DNA from: an uncultured delta proteobacterium | GTDB lineage: Bacteria; Desulfobacterota; Desulfobacteria; Desulfobacterales; Desulfosalsimonadaceae | Length of the DNA: 64,000 nt | Direction: 5' to 3' | NCBI GenBank assembly: GCA_963826785.1 | Contig: CAWGYD010000008.1 | Location: 449,971-513,970 of the forward strand | Part shown: positions 18,109 through 28,009 of the stretch, piece after piece | How positions within the stretch are numbered: the stretch's first letter is position 1 | Layout of the letters: the number at the start of each line of letters is the position of its first letter | Notes under the pieces: generated by a model | Told to the model about the DNA's origin: nothing | Seen by the model: the letters and a program-made list of their open reading frames with translations, nothing else | The model's database searches: none | Program-made: the position numbers and the translations under genes

Positions 18109-20244
18109 TTAATTCTGCGGCACGGCCTGGTTGCAGGCGGGAATCAGGGGACAGGCCCCCTCCTGTGCCGTCGCGTGAGTGTCCTGGTAAATGGCGTCGA
18201 TGGCGGACTCCATGGTGGGAAAGATATGGTCCTCTCCGATCTTTTCCGGAAGATGCGTCCGCTTCAGGACCGACATCACCGCTTCGTTCACTCCGCTCAA
18301 CGAGATATCGAGCCCCGCGCTCCTCACCCGGTCCACCAGCTGTGAAAGGGTTTCTTCGCCGGAAGCATCGATGTCGTTGATGCCGTTCGAGACGATGACG
18401 ATATGCTTGAGGTCGTGCTTTTCTTTCATGACCTCCATCATCTTGTCTTCCAGGTAGCTGGCATTGGCGAAAAACAGGGGTCCGTCAAAGCGGACCATGG
18501 CGATATAACGGCACTCTTTCAGGCCATGGGTTTTGGCGCAGCGCAGCGCCTGGTCTTCCGCCCGGGACAGGTAAACCACCGTGGGCCGCATCCGCTTGTA
18601 AAAAAAGACGCCAACGGAAAGAACCACCCCGATCATGATCCCCTTGTCCAGGTGCGGCGCAAACGCCAGGGTGGCCACAAAGGAGATGATGGAAATCAGG
18701 CCGTCGTACCATTGGGCATGCCAGGCATGGACAAACCCGGATATATTGATCAGCCCGATCACCGCCATCATGATGACCGCCGCCAGCACCGACTGGGGCA
18801 GATGGTACAGCAGGGGCGTAAAAAAGAGCAGCGCAATCACCACCGTCAGGCTGGTGAAAACGGAAGAAAGGCCGCTCACGGCCCCGGCCTGAAGGTTGAC
18901 CGCGCTGCGGGAGAACGAGCCGGAAGTGGGATAGCTTTTACCGATTCCCCCCAGGATATTGGCCAGTCCCTGGCCGATGAGTTCCTGGTTGGGGTCGAGG
19001 CGCTGCCCGGTTTTGGCGGCCATGGCCTTGGCGATGGAAATGGCCTCCATGAACCCCAGCAGGGAGATGATCACCGCATAGGGGAAAATATGACCCATCA
19101 CCCGCCAGTCGATCTTGGGAATGGAAAATGCCGGCAGCCCCTTGGGGATGGCCCCCACCACGTCGCCGCCGCCCATCAGAAGAATCTGGCCCTCATCGAC
19201 GGGTTTGTTGGAAATGCGGATCCGCCAGATTCGATCCCCGGTTTCCGCCCCGGCGGGCGCCTCCCCTTGGGGGTAGAACCTGCGCTGATCTTCCGGGCCC
19301 GCCGCCACGAAAAGCGTTTTCCGGATCTCTTCGCGCAGCACGTGGGTCCGGTCCTTCAGCACGTCCATTTTAAATGTCAGAACATTGATGCGGTGCTCCA
19401 CATCCAGAAGGGCCACGTGATTGCCCGTCTTTTTGACCTCGGCGGCTTCCTCATATGCCAGGGTCCGCTGATTTGCGAGTGCGTCGATCTCATTGACCGC
19501 CTGGTTGAACTGAACGATATCCTGCTGAATCGCCGGGGCCGCGATCGAATTCAGCTCAACCTTGGCGTTGTGTTCGAAGCCGATGGCCCAGGATGCAACG
19601 GTGGTGATCACCACGGCCACCAGCACGTTGGGGATGCGGGGATTGAACCAGCGCAGCCCGTACATGATGACAAAGGCGGCGGCCCCCATGATGAAGGTGG
19701 GCCAATGGGTGTAAAAGAAAGCCGATTCCACCACCCGGCTGATGGTTTCGTAGTGGTGGGTGGCGCTGTCCACGTAAACCCCGAACAGCTTGGACAGCTG
19801 GGAGGAGGCAATGATGATGGCCGCGGCGTTGGTAAACCCGTTGACCACCGGGTGGGACAGAAAATTCACCACCAGGCCCAGGCGCAGGATTCCCAATGAC
19901 AGCTGGAAGAAGCCCACCATCAGGGCCAGCATGATGGCATAGGCGATATATCCCGGACTTCCCGCGGTGGCCAGGGGCGCCAGGGAAGCCGACGTCATCA
20001 GGGAAACCACAGCCACCGGGCCGGTGGCCAGCTGCCGGCTGGAGCCGAACAGGGCGGCCACCATGGGGGGCAGAAAAGAGGCGTAAAGGCCGTAATATGG
20101 GGGCAATCCTGCCAGTTGGGCATAGGCCATGGACTGTGGAATCAAAACGAGGGCAACGGTCAGCCCGGAAAGCGCATCGGTCTTGAAACTCTCCAGATCG
20201 TATTTTTGAAACCAGGTCAGAAACGGAAATACTTTTGTGATCAT
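18109..20244 (-). CDS. SulP-family anion transporter with STAS domain
   Basis: GLTVALVLIPQSMAYAQLAGLPP, GPVAVVSL, NQELIGQG, GSFSRSA, RFDGPLFFANA, DIDASG; ~140-aa coiled insertion. Confidence 0.93.
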   Translation of the reverse strand: MITKVFPFLTWFQKYDLESFKTDALSGLTVALVLIPQSMAYAQLAGLPPYYGLYASFLPPMVAALFGSSRQLATGPVAVVSLMTSASLAPLATAGSPGYIAYAIMLALMVGFFQLSLGILRLGLVVNFLSHPVVNGFTNAAAIIIASSQLSKLFGVYVDSATHHYETISRVVESAFFYTHWPTFIMGAAAFVIMYGLRWFNPRIPNVLVAVVITTVASWAIGFEHNAKVELNSIAAPAIQQDIVQFNQAVNEIDALANQRTLAYEEAAEVKKTGNHVALLDVEHRINVLTFKMDVLKDRTHVLREEIRKTLFVAAGPEDQRRFYPQGEAPAGAETGDRIWRIRISNKPVDEGQILLMGGGDVVGAIPKGLPAFSIPKIDWRVMGHIFPYAVIISLLGFMEAISIAKAMAAKTGQRLDPNQELIGQGLANILGGIGKSYPTSGSFSRSAVNLQAGAVSGLSSVFTSLTVVIALLFFTPLLYHLPQSVLAAVIMMAVIGLINISGFVHAWHAQWYDGLISIISFVATLAFAPHLDKGIMIGVVLSVGVFFYKRMRPTVVYLSRAEDQALRCAKTHGLKECRYIAMVRFDGPLFFANASYLEDKMMEVMKEKHDLKHIVIVSNGINDIDASGEETLSQLVDRVRSAGLDISLSGVNEAVMSVLKRTHLPEKIGEDHIFPTMESAIDAIYQDTHATAQEGACPLIPACNQAVPQN

Positions 20245-20849
20245 GGTGCTCCCTTGACGTAAGAATTGGAATCAGCCGCCAATATCCGGTTACAGGCGAA
20301 AATCAGTTCATTATACAGTGTGCCGGCATCATAGAGTCCGTAGGTATTCAACCGCAGCAGACCATCCACCATGGAAAAAATGATCATGGCCATCTTTCTG
20401 GCCGGCATGTCCAATATTGATCCGTCTTTCTGGCCCAACTCGATGGCCTGTTCAAACACATCCACCAGGCAGTCGTAGATGGCTTCCATATCCTCCCGGC
20501 ACTCTTCCCGGGTCAGCGCCAGTTGATAGGCATCGTGCCGGTGAAGCAGCAGAAACTGCTCTTCCATGGAATCGGCCAGCTGCAGATAGAACGTGATCAG
20601 GTCCCCGGCCATTTTGAGACCGTTTTCAAATTCCCGGTCCCGGGTATATTTTTTCAGTTCAGATACGATGCTGTCCTTGAAAGCCTTGAGGATGGACAGA
20701 AACAGGCCTTCCTTGCTCTTGAAATGATAGATGACGGTACCCTCGGCCGCACCCGTCATGTTCGCAATCTCCGACAGACGGGTTTCATTGAATCCCTTGG
20801 TCGAAAACAGCCGGGCAGCCGCATCCATGATGGCTTCTTTTTTGCTCAC
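20241..20849 (-). CDS. TetR-family regulator
   Basis: N-terminal HTH: AARLFSTKGF..IANMTG..GTVIYHFKSKEGL. Confidence 0.9.
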   Translation of the reverse strand: MSKKEAIMDAAARLFSTKGFNETRLSEIANMTGAAEGTVIYHFKSKEGLFLSILKAFKDSIVSELKKYTRDREFENGLKMAGDLITFYLQLADSMEEQFLLLHRHDAYQLALTREECREDMEAIYDCLVDVFEQAIELGQKDGSILDMPARKMAMIIFSMVDGLLRLNTYGLYDAGTLYNELIFACNRILAADSNSYVKGAP

Positions 20850-20870
20850 GACGGGTGATCCCCCAGATAT

Positions 20871-20888
20871 TGACTGAGCACTCAGTCA
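20871..20888. promoter_or_regulatory. Candidate TetR operator
   Basis: Perfect inverted repeat TGACTGAG-CA-CTCAGTCA 21 bp upstream of the TetR start, downstream of a TTGACT -35. Confidence 0.7.
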
Positions 20889-21227
20889 GTTTTTGCTAAA
20901 ACTAAAAACTACCGTTATTATTCAATCAAAGTCAAGCGGAAAAATATGTCCGTTTTTGCAACACTTGTGGATCTATTTGTAATTCAAGGCATTTTTTTCT
21001 GCAAAAAATCATGCCGATGCGGGCCGGCAGGGGAATCGAAGAAAGGGAGGCGGGAAAAGCACCACACCGTGTTGGCAAGGTGACAATATGTGTTTACAAA
21101 GCCTAAAATTCACATTAAAAGTGTCCATCCGGAACGTCCGGACAATTTTTCCCGGCCGGGGGTGGATACAGGCATTGCAGGAAGCCGCCCACCCGGAAGA
21201 ATGAAAACTGCGTTGAACAGGCTTGCC

Positions 21228-22193
21228 ATGCTTCCCTATTTGTTGCTGATAATCGGATTTATCCTGCTGATCAAGGGGGCGGACCTGCTGGTGGAAGGCG
21301 CATCCGCCATCGCCCGGCGCATGAACATATCCGATCTGGTCATCGGCCTTACCGTGGTGGCGTTCGGCACGTCCATGCCGGAGCTGTTCGTCAACCTGTT
21401 TGCCAGCGTGAGCGGCAGTTCCGGAATCGCCATCGGCAATGTGCTGGGGAGCAACATTGCCAACATCCTGCTCATCCTGGGTGTATCCGCGATGATCTCA
21501 CCCCTCCGGGTGTCGGGCGGCACCGTGTACAAGGAAATCCCCTTCAGCCTGCTGGCCGCGCTGGTGCTGGGCATCATCGCAAATGATCAGATCATCGACC
21601 ATCGTCATTTTTCCGAGATTTCACGCACCGACGGCATGGTCCTGCTCTGCTTTTTTCTCATCTTCATCTATTATTCCGCCAGCATCGCCCATAAAGTCAA
21701 CGGGATGGAAACCTACGCCGGCACAACCGAAAATGGAAAAGGGGTGTGGCATTCCGGCGTGCGGGTGGCAGCGGGACTGGTGGGGCTGGGCTTAGGCGGC
21801 CAGTGGATCGTGGGGGGCGCCGTCCACATGGCCCGGGCGCTGGGGATGAGTGAAGCCCTGGTCGGGCTGACCATCGTTTCGGTGGGGACGTCCCTTCCGG
21901 AACTGGCGACTTCGGCCGTGGCGGCCTACAAAAAAAATGCGGATATCGCCGTGGGGAACATCGTCGGCTCCAACATCTTCAATATCTTTTTCGTGTTGGG
22001 CATCAGCGCATGCATCCGGCCCCTGCCTTTCCAGAAGATCAGCAACATGGATATCGCGGCGGTGATCATCGCCAGCCTCATCCTGTTTTCGGCCATGTTC
22101 ACCGGGAGGCGGCACGCCCTCGACCGGTGGGAAGGCGCCACCCTGGTGGCGCTCTACCTGGTATATATCGTCTACCTGGTGATGCGGGGCTGA
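21228..22193 (+). CDS. Ca2+/Na+ antiporter (YrbG/CaCA family)
   Basis: Repeated GTSMPEL/GTSLPEL and GNVLGSNIAN/GNIVGSNIFN alpha-repeats. Confidence 0.93.
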   Translation: MLPYLLLIIGFILLIKGADLLVEGASAIARRMNISDLVIGLTVVAFGTSMPELFVNLFASVSGSSGIAIGNVLGSNIANILLILGVSAMISPLRVSGGTVYKEIPFSLLAALVLGIIANDQIIDHRHFSEISRTDGMVLLCFFLIFIYYSASIAHKVNGMETYAGTTENGKGVWHSGVRVAAGLVGLGLGGQWIVGGAVHMARALGMSEALVGLTIVSVGTSLPELATSAVAAYKKNADIAVGNIVGSNIFNIFFVLGISACIRPLPFQKISNMDIAAVIIASLILFSAMFTGRRHALDRWEGATLVALYLVYIVYLVMRG

Positions 22194-22451
22194 TTAAAGG
22201 AGGCAGTATCGCTTCACGACAATCATCTTCTGACTGCTTTTCGTTTCAACCAGAATACCCGTGACCTGAACCTTCTTCTGCTTCAGGGAAATCACATCGC
22301 GCCCTTCGCTGTTGCTGCCGTCGATCAGGTATTCCTCTTCATCATAGGTGGACAGCGCATAAGATTTGGGATTCCCCTTTTCATCCCAGTCCAGGGGAAT
22401 GATCACCCCGGTCTTGGTAATGAGCTGGCCATCGGATTCATTTTTCTTCAC
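22194..22451 (-). CDS. Small hypothetical protein (85 aa)
   Basis: GTG start after AGGA; TGVIIPLDWDEKGN; predicted beta-rich. Confidence 0.6.
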   Translation of the reverse strand: MKKNESDGQLITKTGVIIPLDWDEKGNPKSYALSTYDEEEYLIDGSNSEGRDVISLKQKKVQVTGILVETKSSQKMIVVKRYCLL

Positions 22452-22501
22452 GGCAGGTTTCCTGTCGATTTAATTGCCTGGTAACGGGAAACCCTATTTC
22501 T

Positions 22502-22518
22502 TTCAATTTACATGCCAA
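22502..22518 (-). promoter_or_regulatory. Possible sigma54 promoter
   Basis: TTGGCATGTAAATTGAA (GG-N10-GA, one mismatch at -12). Confidence 0.4.
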
Positions 22519-22526
22519 TAAACCGG

Positions 22527-23945
22527 CTAATTCTTATAATCTTCTTTACGGATCCGGTATTTGACCATCAGCTTGTGCAGCTGGCGGGGGGTAATGCCGG
22601 CCGCTTCCGCGGACTGGTTGATTTTTCCATTATGCCTGGCCATCAGACCGGCCACGTACTGCTTCTCAAAATCATGGACCACCTTTTTCCGGCCTTCCGA
22701 GAGGGATATCCCCGCATCCACCGGAATGCAGCTCACCTTTTTGCGCTCCCCGAAGAGTTCCGGGGGAAATCCGTCCGGGGTGAGCACGGATGATTTCTCC
22801 AGGATATAGGCACGCTCCATCAGGTTTTCCAACTCCCGGATGTTTCCGGGCCAGTCATATTGCTGCATGGCCTCAAGCACCTCCGGATGGACCGATTCGA
22901 TCTGTTTCTGCATTTCCGCGTTCAGCCGCCGCAGAAACAAGCCGATCAGGAGATCCATGTCCTCGGTGCGCTCCCTCAGGGGAGGAATGACAATGGTGAA
23001 TACATTCAGCCGGTAATAGAGGTCCTTGCGGAACAGCCCTTCCTCGCTCATTTTTTTCAGGTCGGAATTGGTGGCGACGATGACCCGGGCATCGGTCTGC
23101 AGCGCATCCTCCCCACCGATCCTCGAAAAGGTGCCGTCCTGGAGCACCTGAAGGAACTTGATCTGGGCGGAAGGCGTGATGGTCCCGATCTCATCCAGAA
23201 AGATGGTCCCCTTGTTGGCGATTTCAAACTTGCCGAGCTTGCGGCTGACCGCACCGGTAAAAGCCCCTTTTTCATGGCCGAACAGTTCGCTCTCCAGAAG
23301 GGTATCGGGAATCGCGCCGCAATGGACGCTGATGAAGCGGCCGTTTTCCCGGTTGCTGTGGCGGTGAATCAGGTTGGCCAGCACCCCTTTTCCCGTCCCG
23401 GTTTCACCATAGAGCAGCACGTTGGTGCGGGTGGGCGCAACCGTCCGGATCATTTCATACACCTGCTGCATGGTGGGATTCAAGGTCGTGACCAGTTCCT
23501 GGGCGTCGGCATGCCAGAATTTTCCCCGAAGGTACGTGATTTCAGACCGGACGATGGCCTGTTCCCGGATCCACTCGGCCGCAAGCTTGATCTCGTCTTC
23601 CTCGAGGGGATAGGTGATATAATTGCTGGCACCGGCCTTGATGGCGGAAACGGCGGTCCGGACGTTTTTCTTGGAGACCATGACCACGATTTCAAGGGCC
23701 GGGTACTGGGCCTTGAATCCCTGGATCACCTCCCGGTAATGCGCGCTGCCGGCGCACAAACCCTGGTCATCGACGTCCACGAAGATCAAATCCGGTCTTT
23801 TCCGGGACAGCATGACCTTGGCTGCATTGAAGTTTTCGGCATGCCAGACGGACCGCCGGGTGAACGCCATCTGAAATTGCTCGACGGCAGGCGCATGACC
23901 GGTGACCACCAGAATATGCTTCATTATCTGTTCATCCTTTCGCAA
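22527..23945 (-). CDS. Sigma54-dependent activator (atypical receiver + AAA+ + HTH)
   Basis: [50 protein letters not shown]; acidic pocket of the receiver degenerate (VVTGH). Confidence 0.93.
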   Translation of the reverse strand: MRKDEQIMKHILVVTGHAPAVEQFQMAFTRRSVWHAENFNAAKVMLSRKRPDLIFVDVDDQGLCAGSAHYREVIQGFKAQYPALEIVVMVSKKNVRTAVSAIKAGASNYITYPLEEDEIKLAAEWIREQAIVRSEITYLRGKFWHADAQELVTTLNPTMQQVYEMIRTVAPTRTNVLLYGETGTGKGVLANLIHRHSNRENGRFISVHCGAIPDTLLESELFGHEKGAFTGAVSRKLGKFEIANKGTIFLDEIGTITPSAQIKFLQVLQDGTFSRIGGEDALQTDARVIVATNSDLKKMSEEGLFRKDLYYRLNVFTIVIPPLRERTEDMDLLIGLFLRRLNAEMQKQIESVHPEVLEAMQQYDWPGNIRELENLMERAYILEKSSVLTPDGFPPELFGERKKVSCIPVDAGISLSEGRKKVVHDFEKQYVAGLMARHNGKINQSAEAAGITPRQLHKLMVKYRIRKEDYKN

Positions 23946-24019
23946 ACCCCGAACTCCGGCAACCCGCCTCCAAGGTGCGGGCCGGTGCCTTAATCCGCAA
24001 ATCAGCGGATGCTTCTTAT

Positions 24020-24289
24020 CAGAACTTAAAATTCCGCTTCAGCAGGCAAGTGAATCCATAGTTCCGCTTCCGTTTATGCCCGACGCATATTGGCATGCAT
24101 GGTCCCGCGCCTGCAATAAAAAATTAATGGATGCACAAAATCGGGGGGATGCGGATCTTTATTTACAATTTTCAAAGCGGGTGACAAAATAGACCAGATA
24201 AATTCACTTGATATGAAACCCGGACCATTGTAATGAACCTGCAAGAGGACGCATCATCTGCCCAGTTAGAAGCGGAACCTGCATTTCCG
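24020..24289. promoter_or_regulatory. Three copies of (C/G)nGAA-N7-TTCCG; candidate activator-binding sites
   Basis: 24020-24036 CAGAA-N7-TTCCG, 24050-24066 GTGAA-N7-TTCCG, 24273-24289 CGGAA-N7-TTCCG; all extend to TTCCGCTTC on one strand. Confidence 0.5.
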
Positions 24290-24334
24290 ATTGCTGCCCC
24301 GGCACCTCATCCCGCCGCTATTGAATTGGAATCG

Positions 24335-24351
24335 TTGGCATCTGTTTTGCA
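24335..24351 (+). promoter_or_regulatory. Sigma54 -24/-12 promoter
   Basis: TTGGCATCTGTTTTGCA, exact GG-N10-GC. Confidence 0.7.
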
Positions 24352-24466
24352 TCATCTCCCGTATCATAGAGCATCTGAAGCGCACGGCCGGGCCAATACC
24401 ACCCGGATCGGGTCGAGGGGATGCCGATAACCGCCCGAACTTCAAAACCACAATGCTAACAGCATC

Positions 24467-27400
24467 ATGAAAATCATCCGACTCCAATGTTTTTCTAAAA
24501 TTTACAGAGATTCTAGATTATGCCCGCAGGAGGGCAAACTCATCCTTTTTCTGCTGCTCACGATGACCCTGCTAATCGGCATTGCCCTGGCGGCCTGGGA
24601 GATCCGGACATCGAGCATCCAGGCGCGTTTGTTTTCAAAGGCCGCCCGGACCCAGACTTATCACCTGCAGCCGGGAAAAACGGATATGATCCGGTATCCC
24701 CAAAGCGGTCCTTATGATATCCGCATGGGGTACGTCCGGATCCCCCAATGGCTGGATCGATTGGAGGGGAAGGGATTTGAAATCAAGGCCCAGGCCCGGT
24801 GGTCCCCGGAATTGCTGAAAACCTTCGACTGGGGATTTTTCCCCGTCTACCGTGAAAAAAACCAGGCGGGCATCGTCATCTCAGACCGCCTGAACCGGGA
24901 CGTGCTGCGTACGGCCTTTCCGGGTCGGATCTATCCTGATTTCAAATCCATTCCCCCGGTGCTGGTGAAGATGCTGCTGTTCATCGAAAACCGGCACCTC
25001 TTAAATCCGTCCGCACCCAACCAGAATCCCGCGGTGGAATGGGAACGGCTGGCCAAGGCGATAGCGGATGCGGCCATTCAGAAGGTGGATTCCAATCACG
25101 ATGTGGCCGGCGGAAGCACCCTGGCCACCCAGATTGAAAAGTTCAGGCATTCACCGGAGGGGATCACCTCGAGCGCTTCGGAAAAGCTGCGGCAGATCGT
25201 TTCCGCCTCCCTGCGGGCCTATCGGGATGGTGAAGAAACAGGAGAGGCCCGGAGGCGGATCGCGGTGGATTACATCAACTCCATCCCCCTGGCGGCAATC
25301 CCCGGGTATGGAGAAGTCAACGGCCTGGGTGACGGCCTCTGGGCCTGGTATGCCATGGATTTTGAAAACACCAACCGGCTGCTGATGGACTCCGAGCGCC
25401 CGGATCTGGATGGCGCCGGGCTTGATGAAGCGGGAGCGGCGGTCCGGGCCGCCCTGAGCCTTTTTCTGTCCCAGCGCCGCCCTTCCGCCTACCTGATCAC
25501 CCACCGCGAATCCCTGCAGAAATTAACGGACACCTATTTGCGGCTCCTGGTGGATGAAGGGATCATTTCAAAATCCATTTATCAGGCGGCATTGAAAGCA
25601 CGGCCCGCCCTGCAGAAATCGACGTCTTTGTCCTACGCACTCGACCCGGCCAGCCGAAAGGCGGCCAACCTGATCCGTTCCAGGCTGATGTCAACCCTGG
25701 GGGTCGATCGGCTCTATGATCTGGATCGAATCGATCTCACCGTAAAAACCACCCTGGACATGGACCTTCAGGAAAAAGTCACCCAGCGGCTGATGGGACT
25801 GAAAGACCCCGCAGCGGTGAAGCAGGCCGGGCTGGTCCGGCCGCATCTCCTGGATCAGGGAGACCCGGCCAAAGTGGTGTACAGCTTCAGCCTGTATGAG
25901 AGCACCCCTGCCGGAAACCTGCTGCGGGTGCAGACCAACAATTACGACGGCCCGTTCAATATCGACGAGCAGACCAAGCTGGACCTGGGCTCCTCGGCCA
26001 AGCTGCGCACCCTGGTGCATTATCTTGAAATCATGACCCAGTTGTATCATCAGTACGGCGACCTGCCGAAAATCGAACTCAAAGTGCTGGCGGTGGACAA
26101 GACCATCGACCCGCTCACCCGATGGGCCGCCGAATACCTGCTGACCACCTCTTCACCGGATCTTTCCGGGATGCTGGATGCCGCCATGACCCGGCTTTAT
26201 TCCGCAAGCCCCTATGAACAGTTTTTCACCGGCGGCGGACTCCATACATTTGCCAATTTCCGAAAGGAAGACAACCGCCGGATCATGACCGTCCGGGAGG
26301 CATTCCGGCATTCCATCAACCTCGTTTTCATCCGCATGATGCGCGATATCAGCTACTATCATGTTTACCAGCGCTACGGGGTCACCCCCCGCTACCTGGA
26401 AAAACTGGATGAATTAGAGAAAAAACGGCTCCTTACGGTGTTTGCCGACCGGGAGGGGAGCGTTTTCATCCGCCGTTTCTGGCAGAAATACCGCCGGAAA
26501 AACCCGGTGGAAGCAGCGGAGTTGCTCTATGCCGGAATTACCCCCACCCCGGCCAAGCTGACCGCGGCATTCCGGTTTATCCGGCCGGAAGCCCCCATAG
26601 CGGTGTTTTCCGAATTCATCAAGGGACATTTGCCCGGTTCAAAGTTCACGGACAATTTTATAGAAGAGCTGTATGACGATTACAGTCCCGGCCGCTTCAC
26701 CCTGGCAGACATCGGCTATGTCGCCCACGTTCACCCGCTGGAACTCTGGGTGGTGCGGTACCTGCAGCAGCATCCGGAAACCTCGATTTCCCAAATCGTG
26801 GCCGAAAGCGCCGAGGAGCGGCAGATGGTGTATCAGTGGCTGTTCAAAACCCGGAGCAGCCGGAAGCAGTTCCAGCGGATCCGCACCATCATCGAACTCG
26901 AAGCGTTCCAGGACGTTCATCTGGCCTGGAAGCGGATGGGATACCCGTTTGATTATCTGGTGCCGTCTTACGCCACGTCCATCGGCTCATCGGGGGATCG
27001 CCCGGGCGCATTGGCCGAACTGATCGGAATCATTCAAAACGATGGGATGCGCTATCCCGCCGTCCGTTTCCAGGCGCTTCATTTCGCCAAAAACACCCCC
27101 TATGAGACCCTGCTGACCCTGGTGCCGGCCGAGGGCGAACGGGTCATGGCCCCCGAAGTGGCCCGCACGGTAAAGCAGGCGCTGCTCGACGTGGTCAACG
27201 AAGGCACTGCCAGGAGTCTTTTCAATTCCGTCACGTACACGGACGGCACCTATCTGATCCTGGGAGGGAAGACTGGAACCGGGGACCATCGGTACAAGAC
27301 ATTCGGCACGGGCGGGAAGATGCTCACCTCCCAGGTCATGAACCGGGCCGCCACATTTGTTTTTCTCATCGGGGACCGCTATTTCGGCACCATCAGCGCC

Positions 27401-27565
27401 TATGTCGCGGGCGGGGATGCGGCGAATTATTCATTTTCCAGCAGCCTGCCGGTCAATGTCCTGAAAATGATTCTGCCGGAAATGGTGCCCTTACTGGAGC
27501 ACAAGGATCCCACCGTCTACGCGAATCTTCCGGAAACGGGCGCAGAACGGGCCGGGGCGATGTAA
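24467..27565 (+). CDS. Large class-A PBP-like transglycosylase/transpeptidase
   Basis: LLFIENR, GGSTLATQIEK (GT51); GSSAK, HSIN, GKTGTG (TP motifs) with long insertions. Confidence 0.85.
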   Translation: MKIIRLQCFSKIYRDSRLCPQEGKLILFLLLTMTLLIGIALAAWEIRTSSIQARLFSKAARTQTYHLQPGKTDMIRYPQSGPYDIRMGYVRIPQWLDRLEGKGFEIKAQARWSPELLKTFDWGFFPVYREKNQAGIVISDRLNRDVLRTAFPGRIYPDFKSIPPVLVKMLLFIENRHLLNPSAPNQNPAVEWERLAKAIADAAIQKVDSNHDVAGGSTLATQIEKFRHSPEGITSSASEKLRQIVSASLRAYRDGEETGEARRRIAVDYINSIPLAAIPGYGEVNGLGDGLWAWYAMDFENTNRLLMDSERPDLDGAGLDEAGAAVRAALSLFLSQRRPSAYLITHRESLQKLTDTYLRLLVDEGIISKSIYQAALKARPALQKSTSLSYALDPASRKAANLIRSRLMSTLGVDRLYDLDRIDLTVKTTLDMDLQEKVTQRLMGLKDPAAVKQAGLVRPHLLDQGDPAKVVYSFSLYESTPAGNLLRVQTNNYDGPFNIDEQTKLDLGSSAKLRTLVHYLEIMTQLYHQYGDLPKIELKVLAVDKTIDPLTRWAAEYLLTTSSPDLSGMLDAAMTRLYSASPYEQFFTGGGLHTFANFRKEDNRRIMTVREAFRHSINLVFIRMMRDISYYHVYQRYGVTPRYLEKLDELEKKRLLTVFADREGSVFIRRFWQKYRRKNPVEAAELLYAGITPTPAKLTAAFRFIRPEAPIAVFSEFIKGHLPGSKFTDNFIEELYDDYSPGRFTLADIGYVAHVHPLELWVVRYLQQHPETSISQIVAESAEERQMVYQWLFKTRSSRKQFQRIRTIIELEAFQDVHLAWKRMGYPFDYLVPSYATSIGSSGDRPGALAELIGIIQNDGMRYPAVRFQALHFAKNTPYETLLTLVPAEGERVMAPEVARTVKQALLDVVNEGTARSLFNSVTYTDGTYLILGGKTGTGDHRYKTFGTGGKMLTSQVMNRAATFVFLIGDRYFGTISAYVAGGDAANYSFSSSLPVNVLKMILPEMVPLLEHKDPTVYANLPETGAERAGAM

Positions 27566-27611
27566 TAAAAAAGGGGGGCAACAGGACAGTTTATCCCGTT
27601 GCCCCCCTTTT
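27566..27611. terminator. Bidirectional intrinsic terminator
   Basis: AAAAAAGGGGGGCAAC...GTTGCCCCCCTTTT between convergent genes. Confidence 0.8.
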
Positions 27612-27627
27612 GGTTGAAAAAGCGAAC

Positions 27628-27936
27628 TTACTTCTTCATGCCCTTCATGAAAATGGCTTCTGCCTTGGCGGCAGCCGCTTCGGCGCGGTCGGCAGCCTGC
27701 TGTGCGGCGCGGGCGGCGCGGTCGTTTTTACCGCAGCAATCCTTGACCGCGGCCTGGGCTTCATCAGCGGCGGCGCGGGCGGCCTGGGCGGCGGCCATGG
27801 CGTCATCCGCCTTCTGGCTGGTTTCATCCAGCTGGGCCTGCATCTTTTTGGTCTGCGAACAGGTCGCGCATCCGGTGCCCAGCATCGCCACCGTCATCAT
27901 CAGAACACAAAGCATTGCAATTACTCTTTTTTTCAT
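27628..27936 (-). CDS. Lpp/OprI-like alanine-zipper lipoprotein
   Basis: Lipobox GTGC, Ala-rich heptad coiled coil, C-terminal Lys (KGMKK). Confidence 0.8.
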   Translation of the reverse strand: MKKRVIAMLCVLMMTVAMLGTGCATCSQTKKMQAQLDETSQKADDAMAAAQAARAAADEAQAAVKDCCGKNDRAARAAQQAADRAEAAAAKAEAIFMKGMKK

Positions 27937-28009
27937 TGTCTTTTCCTTCCGTTTAAAGTGATGTTGATGTTTTTGTTCTATGGTTGAGAAATTGAATTAC
28001 TCCTGATTT

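Noticed and set aside
21000..21016. Sigma54 promoter for the tetR-sulP operon
   Set aside because: Spacing is GG-N11-GC rather than N10.
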